Positions 35,572 to 50,088 of a stretch of DNA of 64,000 nucleotides are shown here, one piece after another (the first letter of the stretch is position 1; every line of letters begins with the position of its first letter). The translations under genes were made by a program, and so were the position numbers. The notes under the pieces were generated by a model. It made no database searches and had not been told where the DNA came from. It was given only the letters and a program-made list of their open reading frames with translations. The stretch covers positions 359,810 through 423,809 of the forward strand of contig RHPI01002204.1 of NCBI GenBank assembly GCA_009103225.1. The letters are read 5' to 3'. The stretch is from Chlorokybus atmophyticus. Taxonomy: Eukaryota; Plantae; Mesostigma and Chlorokybus algae.

Positions 35572-38500
35572 ATGCGAGTGGGCAAGTTTGATGCGTGGGT
35601 GCAGCACGGCGGGCCGATTTTCAGCGTGGACATCGACCCAACCGCCACACGCCTAGCCACAGCAGGGTACACTCACTCACTCACTCACTCACTCCATCAC
35701 TCTCGCAATGCAAAGGCCATAGTTTCGGCCTCTCACTTGCACTTATGCCGCTTGCACTGTCGCTACTGCGTTTCTGTTGCAAGACGGCAAGGTGCATTGT
35801 TTGAGTTGCTCGGCTGTGCGACGACTGCTGCACAGGCAATGCATGCACCAGCTGCTGAGCGTGCCATAACCACAGTCGTTGAAGCCACAGTGTGTCTCAG
35901 CAGCGCAAGGCACTATGCTAAACAAGGAAGCACTGCCTGTGTGCATGCTTGCATACGCACAGGCAGTGCTTGCAAATATCTTTCTTGCTGGTGGCAGGAA
36001 TGACAGCAAGTGCAGGATATGGTCTCTGCAGCCCTTTCTGCAGGAGCTGGTTAAGGGCACCAGCAGCAGCTCAGAGGGGGACGCCACCACCGCAGCCACA
36101 GCACTGCAGAACCACGAAGAGCAGCCCACGCCCGGCAATGCACCACTCCTGGCCGTCCTGCAAGTAAGCGCAGGAACCGTATTTTGTTTACGTGTAGGCA
36201 ATGCTTCTCGAAACCCTAATAGAGTAGACATGCATGCACGCACATACATGCAATCACGCCAACATGCAGACTCGCACACACGCACGAGCACATATGAACG
36301 TGCATACGCGCACCCATGCACGCGATACGATTACGTTGCCAGGACCACAGTGCGTCTGTGAGTGCTGTGAGGTGGTCGAAGTCCGGGCGCATGCTGGCGA
36401 CGGCCTCGGACGACCACCTCATCCTGATCTACACACTCAAGCGCGGGGCGGCTCCCGTCGCACCGCCCTCTGCCTCACTCTGGCGCGAGGCCGGCATCGA
36501 GACGTGGAAGGCACGTTGACACGCTGTGCATGCGCATGCATGCATGCACCACACATGCACACATGCGCGCATGCACACAGGCTTGCGAACACGCGCACAC
36601 GCATGCGCACACCACGTGCAGGTGATGGCCACGCTGCGCGGTCACTCGGCCGACGTGGTGGACATTGCGTGGAGCCCCGACGACACCATGTTGGCCTCGT
36701 GCTCCGTCGACAACACGTAAGAGAGTGTGCCCACATAACCACAACGCAAAACCAACGTTTCGTGACATGTGTTCTCTCTCCATCCAGCGTGCGAGTATGG
36801 AGTGCGGGTATGGGCGGGTCCTCATGGTGTTTGTCGAAGACGCTCGTTGGCCACACGTCCCTGGTAAAAGGCGTGGCGTGGGACCCCGTCGGGAAGTACC
36901 TCGCGAGTCAGTCGGACGACAAGTCCGTCATTGTGTGGAACACCGACACGTGGGAGGTTCGGAAACGCATCACGGGGCCATTCGACAACACCGTGAGTTG
37001 TTGTTGGGTTAACGGGTACGTGTACACGTCAATGCGATATGCATATGACGCAGGACATGTGCGGGGACAGGTGTCGGCTGCGTTCTTCAGGCGGCTGAGT
37101 TGGTTCCCCAACGGACAGATTCTTGCCACAACACACGCGTATGACGTGAGTACTCGTACATCAGAGCACTTCTTCTGCGTGTGCGGGTTTGTGCAACCTT
37201 CACATCTCTGTGCAGGAGCCTTCGCACACGTCTGCGCTTATTGAGCGCACCCACTTCACGAAGACCTACGACTTTGTCGGCCACCGTGCCCCCGTGGTTG
37301 CGGTTCGCGCCAACCCGTGTCTCTTCCGTCCCCCCGCCGACGAGCCCAACCACAACGACAGGGATGCCTCCGGCCCCTTCTGCTGCGTTGCGTTGGGTTC
37401 TCAGGACTGCAAGGTGACCGTGTGGTCCACCTTCCGTCCCCGTCCCGTGGTGATACTGAAAGACCTCTTCAAGCGAAGCGTGTTGGACGTGGCGTGGACG
37501 CCCGACGGCTACACGATGGTGGCCGTGTCGATGGACGGCACGTTGGGTGCAGCCACGTTCGAGCCCGAGGAGATAGGAGTTGCGCTCAGCGAGGAGGAGA
37601 AGAGAGCGGAGATGGCGGCGTTGTATGGAGAAGCCACGTTGAGACGCGCGGCGGATGTGCCGGAGAGCGTTGCGCAGCTGCAGTACGAGCGCGAGGCGCG
37701 ACAGATACAACAACAACAGCAGCAGCAACAACAACGTGTGGAGCAGGTCAGTCGTACACTTCGTTGTAGAGGTGTGGCATGACTTTCTACCAACATGCTG
37801 GTTGTTGATGGATGTTGCTTTGCAGCAGCTTCCAATGCAAAACGGGCACGCTCACGAGGCTGCTGAGCCGCCCAACGGTGCGCCACCAGCTGGGTCACCG
37901 GCTGCACCGCCTGCAGCCGAGTTCGTTCAGCCACAGACTCAGGTAAGGGCGATGACTACACACAGGTAGCGATCAGAGTGCTGTCACGCTTGCAGCTGAA
38001 TTGAAAGCGCTGTCTGCGCAGCAAGTGGAGTACCGACGTGCAGATGGCAAACGCCGCATCATCCCGATGAAAGCGATCGAGCCGCCCTCACCAATGCGAC
38101 CCCTCGCTCCACCAACATCAACACGCGCACTACCACCCCCCGCTACCACTGCTCCTCCGCCTCCTTCTCTTCCTCCTCTTCCACCTTCTCTACCTCCTCC
38201 TTCCACTTCCCTCAGCCCGGCCCAACCCGCCCAACCCGCCCAACCCGCACCCGCTGCCACGCCTCCTCCCGCGCAAGACAAACCCACATCATCATCGGCT
38301 ATTGTCGTACGGCCCGCTGCTGCCACTAACACCACCACTCATGCTGCGATGCCACCCGCACGAGTGTCGTCACCGTCAACAGGTGCTGACATGACGGTAT
38401 GCGTGGTTGCGTGGCGAGTGGATTGATGATTGTGTGGTTGTTGTAGATGCGTTGCCGCCGATAGTGCCGGCGAAGCGAAAGATACATCCCGAGCACAACA

Positions 38501-40280
38501 GAGGTGCTCCGGCAAAGCGCGGGGCGAAGGATGCGGCCGGCAAATCAATCGCAGCACCCGTTGAAAAGGGCCCTGCGGATCAGCGTGTCCTCATCGCGGG
38601 AAACACAACATCTACACTTGCTGCCGGTAACCCAACACAATCCATCACCACCACAACACACATCCCGTGTAACTCTCAATCTAACTTGCACGCGCAGGTG
38701 TATCAGACCACAGGTTGGTGCGTCCCGCCATGCCCGCAGCGCAGGCCAAGCCGGTGGTGTCCGTAAGGATGTTGGCTTCTGACTTGGTCTCGCCACGTGT
38801 TGATGTGTCGGATGCATCGGGGTCTGCTCCATGCGTGTTGGAAGCGCAGAACCCTGCCGACGCAGATGCGCTGCTCGCTGCCGGTGGACAGGTGAGGAGG
38901 AGGAGGAGGAGGAGGAGAAACAGTTGATGCGGGAGTGTACATTGGTGTGGAGGTTGTAAGCGAGTGTGCTTGCGTGTGATGCTGTGCAGGTGTGGTGCGA
39001 AGTGGCGTGCTCGAGAGGAGGCACTGTGATCTGGACCGATCGGTTACAGGTGTGACGTGCCAACTAACAACACGCGTGCTTGTGTGTTAACTAAGGATGA
39101 GACCATTGCCTGTTGTGTGCTCACACCACGTGTGATGGATTGGACAGGGCCGCGCTGTCGCCGTTACTGGCGTTGTGGGCAGATTGAGTTGTGTTGCGCT
39201 CGAAGGTGGCAGCTTGCAGGTGCATGCGACACGTCTGTGTACACAAAATCCTACCACCTTGGTTACCAATGTGGCAACAGCGTCTTTGTAACTTAGCCTC
39301 CTGGTTTGTTCTTTGCAGTTGTACACGGCTGCGGGTAGGCGAGCCCTACCGAGGTTAATGCTCCCCGCCCCAGTCTCGGCTTTGAACAGCCACGTGGGCG
39401 GGATGCTTCTGGCGGCTGTGGCCTCCGGCGAGGTGTTCGTGTGGGACACGGCTTCCTTGAAGCTGGCGCTAAAAGCCTCCTTGTTGCCTTTGGTCAACGA
39501 CACCAAAGCCAACGTCACGTCCGTGAGGTTGTCCGGCGCGGGGATACCCATGGCCGTGCTGTCCAACCGGCATGCGTTTGCGTGGCATGCGGATATGGCG
39601 TGTTGGTTGAGAGTGGCGGATGACTCGTTTGCGGCTTCGGATTATGCGTCATCCACGACGGCGGGACACGTTAATGGTGTGGAGGTGTCGGGGCCGCCCG
39701 TGGAAGTGACGGCCTCTCTGTTGGATACGACGCCCTCGCAGCAGCGTGCCACTACGGCACGGCACCTTGAATGCCAGATGGCGGGTGCTGTCGCACTCAA
39801 GAACCAAAGAGACTACCGAAGGTGGCTAACCGCCTACGCGCGACACCTCACCATGCAGGTGGGTATGTGCACCTGCCTGCGCACGTGCCTCCATGCGCGA
39901 GAATGCGCGCATGCGTGCGTGCATGCATGTGCGTGTGCGCATGTGCACATGTGCACATGCAGCTGTGAGGTGATGGTGTGCGTGCAGTGTGCACACCCGT
40001 TCATTTCAGTCACGATTGTGTCACAAATGATGCCCCGCCTTTGTGTTGACAGGGTGATGCGGTGAGGTTACGTGAGCTTTGCACGGAGCTGCTCGGGCCG
40101 CCGTCTGTGCCAGAGGATGCGGCCGCGAGCAAGGTCTGGCAGCCGCAGGTGTTGGGTTTGTCCAAGCGCGAGCTGCTCAGGAGAGAGGTGTTGCCCGCCA
40201 TGAGTGCCAACCGAGCTTTGCAGAGACTGCTGAGCGAGTTTGCGGATGTGCTGGTCACAGTTTCAACAACTAGGACGTGA
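35572..40280 (+). CDS. HIRA: Histone chaperone HIRA
   Basis: N-terminal WD40 repeats ([61 protein letters not shown]), B-motif [16 protein letters not shown]-terminal Hira domain ([23 protein letters not shown]). Confidence 0.95.
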
Positions 40281-40823
40281 TGGCTGTGCGCGTGGCGCGT
40301 AATGGCAAATGCATGCTGCTCTGCACCAACTGCTTGCACAGTGCTTCCGCCGCATGCGCAGAAAGTGACAATGCACATCGCGAGGGCATTCTGTTGTAAG
40401 CATTGGCGGTGCTCCGCAAATGCCGTTTACATATAGCATTGGCTTTTGCATGCATCACTGACTGCAAGAAGGCTGTGTAGCATGGACGCACGAGCAAATA
40501 GTACATTGTATAGTTTAGACAGATTGTGTTCGTACTTGTGGGAGTGGGGTGGGGGAGGTTTCAGGTGTATATAAGGGGTATGGTACGGTGGCAGCATGCA
40601 TGTGGACAATGCAAATGGCATGCATCAGCACAAGCATACACACGCTTTACACATCAAATTTAACCACCGGGCTAGTTCTATGGCTGCTTGCTACACTATA
40701 CCAATGCTAGCCCGCCCCGTTAGACATACAATGTGTCTACAACATGATGTATTGTAGGTACAAGTGTGCACAACATATCCACGTAATCGCGACTCATTGC
40801 CAGAAGCACGGTACAGTTACAGA

Positions 40824-42264
40824 CTAGTTAGTGATGGCAGCAATGGTGGCGGATATCGACCCAGACTGTTCCTTGGCAGTTTCCACAAGCGTGTCCTGCG
40901 CGTGGCAACCACCAGTGCTGTGTGATTAATGATTGACCCTGACCCCAGCCCAACTGCGCTGCATGTATGGACACGGTGACAGCAACCGCTTGGTGGGTGT
41001 GGGTGTGCGTGTCAGTGTGACACCAACGCTCTGTGGCTGACTTGGGTTGGGAGCAAGCAGCGTGCCATGTGTTTGTGCACTGACCTGCGCGGCAATCACA
41101 CGGAATATGGCCTTCTTGCTGGACTCCTGCAGCTCCCCCGCAATTAGCAGCTCATCCAATATATAGTACGCCTGCACACAAATAGGATCATTCATCCAAT
41201 TCACATGGGGGGCATGCTTGCGCCAACGGCAACATAAAGGTAGGATTTCGTCGGAGTGAACCTAATCCCCACCTTGTGAAAGTTGAAGATGAGATCCAGC
41301 TCGCACACCTGCCACACCAACAAACAGAACACAGCGTCAACAACACTGAAGCAGAGATGGAGACATCGACGTGCGCCATGCAGCAAATGTTGGCTCTCGC
41401 ACATTGCCAAAGTAGCGGTCAAGGATCTCGACGTAGTGGTGGATGACTTCAAGGGTGATGAGCTCGTTGTCAAGGCTGTCCACGCCCATCACAAAGTAGA
41501 GCGACGCATACCGCTTGTAGATGATCTTCTGGTCCCGCCACTCCATGAAGTTGCACAGCTTTGCAGGCCGGTTCAAAATCATCGCTGACACCTCGCGCAC
41601 AATCTGCAACATTGTGACGGTCGATAGCCGACAGTCAGTACAATGTCAGGCAGCTGGGGTGCAATTATGCGTGCACTGCAACACCAATGTCATGGTGGCG
41701 CTTGCGTGTGCTTGAGCGCATGCGCACACTCACTTGCAAACCAAAGTGTGTGTGCATGCGAGAAATGCACCTTTGAGCGCTCCTTCTGGGTGTATGTGTC
41801 GTACCATTTGGACAGTCGCACCTTGCCCTGCCGGCTTATCAACAGCACGAAATTGATCTGCGAGGCACAGATCAATCACATGCGCGTGCAGTTCAGGTGT
41901 GATCGTCTGATCAGACTTGCAATCACCCAGAAACTCGCTCCCAAACCCTTCAAACTGCGAATGCACAAACGCATACAGCAACAAGGCCCTCAAATACAGC
42001 TCTTAATGATGCTGGCGTTCTCTAAGCCTTGCTTACCATCGCAGCAGCTTGTGTGCAGGTATGGGAAACAATCCCCCAACCCAGAACTTTGAGCACTGTT
42101 GTTCCTGAAGTTCAGCTGCTGGGGCGCTCCAAATTGTAATGTCTTGAAAACTCTGACCCTTGCTACCAAGGTCAGAGTTTGTGGCACATCGTCTACGTCC
42201 CGCCCGTCGCCACCGCCACCCCCAGCGCCCACAGGCAGAGAGAGCAGACCAATATAGACACCAT
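40824..42264 (-). CDS. AP1S: AP-1 adaptor complex sigma subunit
   Basis: ATG-only first exon; [84 protein letters not shown]. Confidence 0.93.
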
Positions 42265-42695
42265 GCCCGCAGCGCAACGCAACAACCCAACAAACCCTAA
42301 TTCCTTGCCGCGTGCGATGTCTGAGCCCAGCCGCCGATATCCGCGCGCAGCGTCGACAAAGACAGGCTAGTGTTAACCGGGGTGTTGCGCTCACCGCGGT
42401 TAAGGATAACAGCGGTTCTCGCTGCTGGGCGGCGGCGGTGTGGTGGGTGGCTTGCCTGGGCGCAGCAACGCAGGAGTGGAGGGAGGCGGCTTGGACCGTT
42501 GTTGGTTGAGCGGAGCTGCTGCTGTAGTTTGTAAAACTCCTGTTTCATTAGCAGACAGCAGTGTAGTGGTTTTGGCTGACTTTTGCTGTTGCCGCAGCGG
42601 CTGCCGGCCTCGTTGGCTGTGCCTGCTTGCTGCTGTGTGTAGGAGCTTTGGTCAAGTTGTACTCGTTAGTTCTCGTGAGGAAGACTTGAGCGGGG

Positions 42696-44032
42696 ATGGG
42701 TGAGCGCAAAGTGCTAAACAAGTACTACCCGCCTGACTTTGACCCGGCTCTCATCCCACGCCGCAAGCAGCCCAAAAACCAGCAGATCACGGTAAGCTCC
42801 GCCTGTGCTTGCTCACAAGGGACATAATTACCAGTTTTCAGTCTCATGCATGCATCAACTTAAACCCTTGTTCTTTGGTTTTTTTTCACCTCTGCAACCA
42901 ATGCAAGCTTGCTGGGTGCTGGGTGTTTTCAGGTGCGCATGATGCTGCCGATGAGCATAAGATGCGCCACTTGCGGGGAGTACACATACAAGGGAACAAA
43001 ATTCAACTCGCGCAAAGAGGACGTCGTCGGTGAAAAGTATTTGGGCATCCAGGTCTTCCGCTTCTACTTCCGGTGTCCCAGGTAAGTATAGAGTTTGTTT
43101 ATGTATGGTTGTGTCATTGCAGTGCATGCAAAGCAAGCAGCGAACCGCATTGGTCAACATGACTGATCCCCATGCATTCAAGCGTATGATTGTCTTTGCT
43201 CTTTTGGTTCGCTTGCTCCTGCAGCTTGAGAAGCTCATGTGTGCTTGTTCAGGTGTTCGTCGGAGATGACGATGAAAACGGATCCGAAGAACAGCGATTA
43301 CGTGGTGGAGGGGGGCGCGATGCGACTCAATGAGCCGTGGCGAGACATTGTAAGTGCTGTTCCTTCGCATGCTGTCTGCTGCTCTTTGCATGCGTGAGTG
43401 CATCTTGTTCATGTGTAGAGGAGGGTGGATTGGCTCAACATTGGATGTTGGACACGCAGGACAAGGCCCGTGATGAGTTTACAGCCAAGCGCGAGGCCGA
43501 GGAGATGGGCGATGCCATGAAGGCTCTCGAGAACCGCACTCTGGACTCTAAACGAGAGATGGACATCATCGCCGCGCTTGATGAGATGAAGTCTATGAAA
43601 GCGAGGCAGGCTCAGGTCAATCCAGATCAGATATTGGAAGCGTTGAAGCGCACGGCGGAGGAGCAGGCGGTGGAGCTCGATGCTGCGGACGAGGCTGCAA
43701 TACAGCAGTTTGTGTTGAACAAGTCCAAGCCTTTGGTGAAGAGGCTTGAGGATGCTGCACAGGAGGAAGCTCCTACCACCAGCAAGAAGCGTGCGGGAGG
43801 AGACGCTGTCGATGATGATCCCCTTGTCAGCGACACTCAACCGAAGAAATCTAAAAAGGAAGAGGTCTCTTTTGCGGTGCGCCCGAAGGCCATAGCTGTC
43901 ACAGTCAAAGCAAAGGTCAAACCGCCTGACCCACCCAAAGCGCCGATTGCCACGGCACCGGTGGCGAAACCAGCTGCATTAGGCTCGTTGTTAGCTGCCT
44001 ATGACAGTGATGCTGATTCGCAATCGCAGTGA
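42696..44032 (+). CDS. YJU2: Splicing factor YJU2/CCDC94
   Basis: [69 protein letters not shown]. Confidence 0.95.
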
Positions 44033-45115
44033 GTTTCTCCTCAAGCGCTTGTGAGTGAGTATTCAAATCAGTTGCAAGCGCACAAGGTGATTGGAAACCG
44101 GTTTTGATATTCATCTGGTCACATTGGAATTCATGCACCTGGCAGATCCAACCGCACGTGCAGCATAACAGATACTCCATGATGTGCACAGTAGTGCCAG
44201 CAGGTGCGGGTATGCGTGCAATTGTGGTGGATATTGGCAGTCTAGTAGAGTGACTGGGGTACAGCAGCTGTGCTGCCTGGTGTGCAGCTGTTAACATAAG
44301 CATCGTCGTAATCTACCGGTATGGTCACCACAACGGCATGTGCAGGTGACTGCCTCTGACGATTGCATGAATGCGTGACTGACAGGGTGGGGTAATGGTA
44401 GTGGTAGAGTAGATGTATACGTAGGTGGTGAACATTTTTCGGCCCGGGGGTTGTGTTCAAGGTGCGTATGTGTCGGTAGCATGTAGCGTCTAGCGTTGGC
44501 TAGTAGCATGCAGCTGCTGGCGGGGCTGTGTTGTGCATGCTGTGTGGTATGTGTTGCACGCAGTGGATTTTCTCACTGTTCTTTTGTACACAAAGTGGCA
44601 TTTTTGTCAAGATAATATGTGTGCATGTGATTGTTGAGTAACTGAATTATGATATGCGTGGGGATGTAGTGAGCAAGAAGAGATTTTCACGTATGTACAA
44701 GAATTCTGTCCCACAAATGACTGTCTTATGGCAAACACTGGAAACAGTATGTCGATTCATAACCATATATATTCTGAGAGGCACTAGGCTAGCAGCCACA
44801 TTAATGGCTTTGGTGCCAGCACACAGTCCGCGGATGGCATTGCCATACACTGCATTACACCTTGCTTATGCAAGTACAGTGCATACACCAGTAGCAGATG
44901 CAGTGCGAGCAGCAGGCAGAAAATAAAGACAATGACACAAACTTCTTAACCACATGTATACTCAGAGCTACGACCTGCTGTAGCTGACTGTCCTGTAACA
45001 ACTCTTGAATGCACTGAGCAACGCACATAATTCTACAATACGCAGCTGCACAGTGGTGACCAGCTGCAAAGGCTGCTGCAATAAATGCAGCAGATATATA
45101 CTAGCAATGGAAACC

Positions 45116-47940
45116 CTACTGGTCCAAGAAGAATGCATCCAGTGGCTTGCCAATGGCATACACAATGAAACCGATCTTGCGCAGCTCAGCGTGGTCCACA
45201 ACATTGCGCCCATCGAACACAAATGCTGGCTTGACCATACCATCGTAGATCTGTGCGGCATGCGCTTCACTCAGTGCCACGTCAACGTGTAAATAACGAT
45301 ACATCCATGATGCCACATTTGACTGTATCAATGAGAGACAGACTGACACTGACTGCAGTCACCTTCTGGTAGTCCAAGCTCTTGAACTCGTCCCACTCAG
45401 TCAAGATGCAGACAGCGGAGGAACCCTTGGCTGCGCTGTACGCGTCTGGCGCTGACATCACCTTGTTGAAGCTTGTGGGGCTGGTGGGGGCTGCCTTCCC
45501 TGGGTTGGGGTGGTCCCACGCGAAGGGCTCATACTCCAACTCCCGCTGAACCTGCTCGTACCTGCACATGTCCACCATCAGTCCCTGGTCTGAGGCTGCT
45601 TGTGGTGCTCATGAGCTATGCTTACGTGACTTGGGGGTCGTAGATGTGAACGGCAGCACCGTCTTGCAGAAGGCCATGGCATACATCAATGGCAGGGGTC
45701 TCGCGAGTGTCACCAGTGTCCTTCTTGAAGGCGAAGCCGAAGATCGCAATGCGCTTGCCACTGATGGTGTTGAACATAGCAGACACCACGCGCTGAAGCA
45801 CACATGCGTGTGAGCACACCGTGCGACTGCCATTGCTCACACAGCAATGATGCTGCTTGGTGTTTTACCTTCACAAAACGGCTCTTCTGGTAGTCATTGA
45901 TACTGACAACCTGCTTCCAGTACTCGGCGACTTCTGGAAGGCCATTGCTCTCACAGATATATACAAGGTTCAGGATATCCTGAAAGTAAGGTTGGCATGA
46001 GGTGCACTACTAGATACACAAGAAACAATGGACGAGATTCTCTGCAGCTTTGGGTTCATAGTAGATGCGCATTACATTCATCATCAACATACCTTCTGGA
46101 AGCATGAACCACCAAAACCAACAGATGCCTTCAGGAATTTGGGTCCAATGCGGGAGTCTGTGCCAATGGCGTGTGAAACCTGGTTGACATCTGCACCAGT
46201 GGCCTGCAGCGATAGTCATTGCCAAGTCAGTCACACTGCACACGACCAGATACCAAACCATGTAACGTCAATGAGTGCACTGACCTCGCACAGAGCAGAC
46301 ATGGCGTTCACAGATGAGATACGCTGTGCCAGGAAGGCGTTGGCAGCAAGCTTTGAGAGCTCGGCAGACCTGTTTGATTGAAGTGTCAGCTTAAGTAGAG
46401 TCTAGGGGCCATGCATCAAGCATCACGAATCCAGTGCATGCGTACCAGAGGTTGGCTGTGAGGATGCGCTCCTCTGGTACCCAGTGAGCATACACCCACT
46501 TGAGGGCAGCAACTGCTGCTTGTCCGGCCTTAGTCTCCCGACCACCTGTCAAAGGCAGGCATGGTAAGCTTGCAACAACTGGCGTATCAACCTGAGAAGC
46601 AGCTTATGTTAAGACTCAGTCTACTATGAAATTGTTCGCACAGGGTCTGACTGCATACCGATGAGCACACGGTCAGGCTTCATCAGATCGTCAATGGCTG
46701 TGCCCTCAGCAAGGAACTCAGGGTTGGACAAAATCTGCACAGGCATACCAATCAGTTACACCACAAAGACTTGCATGCAAAATGAATACATACTGAAGAA
46801 CAGAGGAAACAAGCAATCTAGTCAATTATAATCACCGTCATCTAAGCTACGTCAGCATTGCTGTGCCAAACCTGGAATTCAATGCCAGTGTTGGCGGCAT
46901 TTGGCACAAGGATTTTCTCAATGGCTTCTGCTGTCTTGACAGGGACGGTTGACTTTTCCACCACCTGCAGCCAACCATGAGGTCAACGACCACTCACTTC
47001 CCAGGATTCCACTCTGCTAGTTGCAAGCAAGAGCGCATGCACACATTTGCAGCCACCACATATCATGCATTACAGCATTCACTACTCACAATCTTGCTGG
47101 AGGTGGAGACGCGAGCAATCATGCGAGCTGCACTTTCCCAGTACGTGAGGTCAGCAGCACGGCCAGCACCAAGTCCCTGCGGTATTACGCAATCGATCAG
47201 ACATGTGCATGTGAATGCATGCATATCGCTCAAATCATGCCCTGGCACAGAGCATACCCTAGTCTTGGTGGGGGTGTTCACAGACACGAACACCATGTCC
47301 GCCCAGGCAATGTACTTTTCGACATCTGTGCTGAAGTACAGGTTCTTGCCACGAGCTGCCTTGACCTGCAGGGTGTGCTGCATTGTCAGTATCAGCCAAC
47401 GTGCTGACAATGCAGACAAACAGCCAACTAGCATGGTTGACCATCATGAGGCACAATGCATGACTTTGCATGCAGTGCTGTGCTGTGACACATCTGCCAC
47501 ACTGTTGGTTGCCATGCTATCCGTCTGTCAGTCTGCATTGCTTGGCTGGTGAACACGTTCGTCTGAAACAAAGTGTTGTTGCCACCGGTGCGAAAGTGAA
47601 TGCTGGGAGCGTAACTCACCACTTCATCAAGGCCGGGCTCGTAGATGGGCAGCTTGTCGCTGTTCCAGGCGTCAATGCGGGACTTGTTGATATCCACCAC
47701 AGCGACCTGAAATGGCAGACATGCAACATGAAACAATGCCGGCATTGCCAGGAAGCAGCCGTCGCATGCCGTGCCAAGTCACGTCGTGCAAGTGGAGGGT
47801 TGATGTCAAACAAAGCACTTTCATGTTGGACTGACCTCGACATCGTCTGGGCATTTGTAGGCGATCATGGCCATGGTGGGGCCGCCAACATAGCCGGCCC
47901 CAATGCAACAGATCTTCATGTGCTTGGGCGCTTCCGCCAT
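45116..47940 (-). CDS. UGD: UDP-glucose 6-dehydrogenase (last exon possibly extends to 44968)
   Basis: [99 protein letters not shown]. Confidence 0.96.
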
Positions 47941-49722
47941 TGCTGCAGAAACTGGACGGCTGGACAGCACGGACGTCCCTGCGTAAGCGCAAAGCAGGAA
48001 ACCACCAAAGCGCCTAGGACCGGGGCGTCGTCGCCGCCTCCGCCGCTGCCGCTTGCCTTCACACTGCCGCTTGCGTTGCTACCGACCTTGCTGGACTTGC
48101 AGCTGATGAATTCATCTTATAAGTTACAAGCGTTGATGTTGGAATGTAATGAAACTACGCAAACGTGATTCCTATAACGGAGACGACTGCGTGCGCGTTG
48201 TCCAGCGTGGCAGCCGCACACAGCCAATCACGCAATCACGCAAGTTGCGTGCCTGGTTGTCACGCACAATATTGTTGGTGGCACCAGCCAGGTGGTGAAG
48301 CTGTCCAGGTTGCAGTTAATGATTAGGCCCAGGATTACAAAAGAAAAGGTTGCCTGCCCGTTGACTCCAAGTACTCCAAGGAAAGCTTGGCTACCTGGCT
48401 GGTACGCGGACTACTCTGCGTGATTGGTTGAGTGCGGCCTCCACGCTGGACAGCGCATGATCAATTAGGCGATACCTTATAAGGTATTATCCTATAGGGA
48501 GTTGCCTAAATTTGCTGTAATCATCTTCCAGGCATTACTAATACACGAAGGAAAATACTCATTACCCGGAAGTACGTTAACACCCTTCCATCAACAGGAT
48601 TGTTCTCCAATCTGTTTACAATCACATATCAAATGGCATTGCTCATTGATTATTGCATAACGTTGTCTTAACCATTTATTGGTATTATCACCAGGAATTG
48701 ACAAGCTAAACACCGAAAATCGCGTTTACACCTCTTGAACCAAGTAATCTTGTGTTTTTGAACAATTATAGATGTCAATCTTATGCGATTAGTTTTGCCA
48801 TCAATAAGAGTGCTTGCTCAACATACCAACCTTCAAATTAAGAACAATTTGTTAATAAAAGTTTAAGTGTCTATGTAATTGTTGTCACACAATTGTGCAT
48901 AACAATATTTGTAACTATCTTGCCCATTGATGTTTAAACATGCAGTTAAGTATAAGTCGCTTGTAAGTATTGATATTGTCATGTGAATAGATATGGTAAA
49001 ATTGATTATGATAATGCAATTATTATAATTGATACAAGTATATGTAAAAAAATAAATAAGTTATGTAGTTAACATCTTTGCGTGCAATGTTTCAAGTAAA
49101 CGAAGATGCTATTGAATATACCCTTGTGAATGCAACTTTATGTTTAACTTATTCGTACAAACGTAAGGAATGTGCAAGCATAATAATTTTATATTTTATT
49201 CATGCTGCAACTTGCAATGTATTCATTTTTGATTTATTCAATAGTGAGGTAAACTTACCTCATTATATGAAGTAAACTTACCTCATAAAATCAACATCAT
49301 AAAGTTGCATTATACAGTGTACTCGGTATTGATGTGTACGCTCATTACTTTATTTAAATATACAATTCATGCGCTTGTATTGTGTAATCATAGTCATCGC
49401 ACAAGATACATGGTATTTTATATTGCGTTATGGCTTTAAAACATGCCATTAAAGTTGTATTCACGTCGCAATGTCGTAATGTATTCTCACATGTTTGTGT
49501 GTGATGAAGTTGCTTTTTTTGATCATAATTTATTAAATATGAAGCTTTCGCGCACGATGACTGCTTCGTGCATTAGGTATAATTTAACACGAGGGTGTTT
49601 ACAACTTGCTAATCATTAGTCAACATGAAGAGTTGGTATTAGAATATCTGCACATGCACGCATGCATTCGTTTACACTAGAATGGGAGCTAAATGTACTT
49701 AAATAAAGACAGTTTTCTTATA

Positions 49723-50088
49723 TTTGAGGACCATTATTGCGGGCGATTCAGAGCGTCATAGATAACGCCGTTTTTAGCTCCCATTCTAGTGTAAACGATG
49801 TGGTTTGGTAACCGGTTAAAAAATACGCGCGGTTGAATAGTCAGTTATGTCATCGCGAAAAGTCATTGACTGGGCCACGCTGCTGCATGACGCGGCCAAA
49901 CATTTTTCTCATCTTTGAGGACCATTATTGCGGGCGATTCAGAGCGTCATAGATAACGCCGTTTTTAGCTCCCATTCTAGTGTAAACGATGTGGTTTGGT
50001 AACCGGTTAAAAAATACGCGCGGTTGAATAGTCAGTTATGTCATCGCGAAAAGTCATTGACTGGGCCACGCTGCTGCATGACGCGGCC
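49723..50088. repeat. Two identical 175-bp direct repeats (49723-49897, 49914-50088)
   Basis: Base-for-base identical copies separated by 16 bp. Confidence 0.95.

Noticed and set aside
28213-40280. Many overlapping antisense or alternate-frame ORFs over TARBP1 and HIRA
   Set aside because: Expected shadows of GC-rich exons and CA/TG-rich introns.
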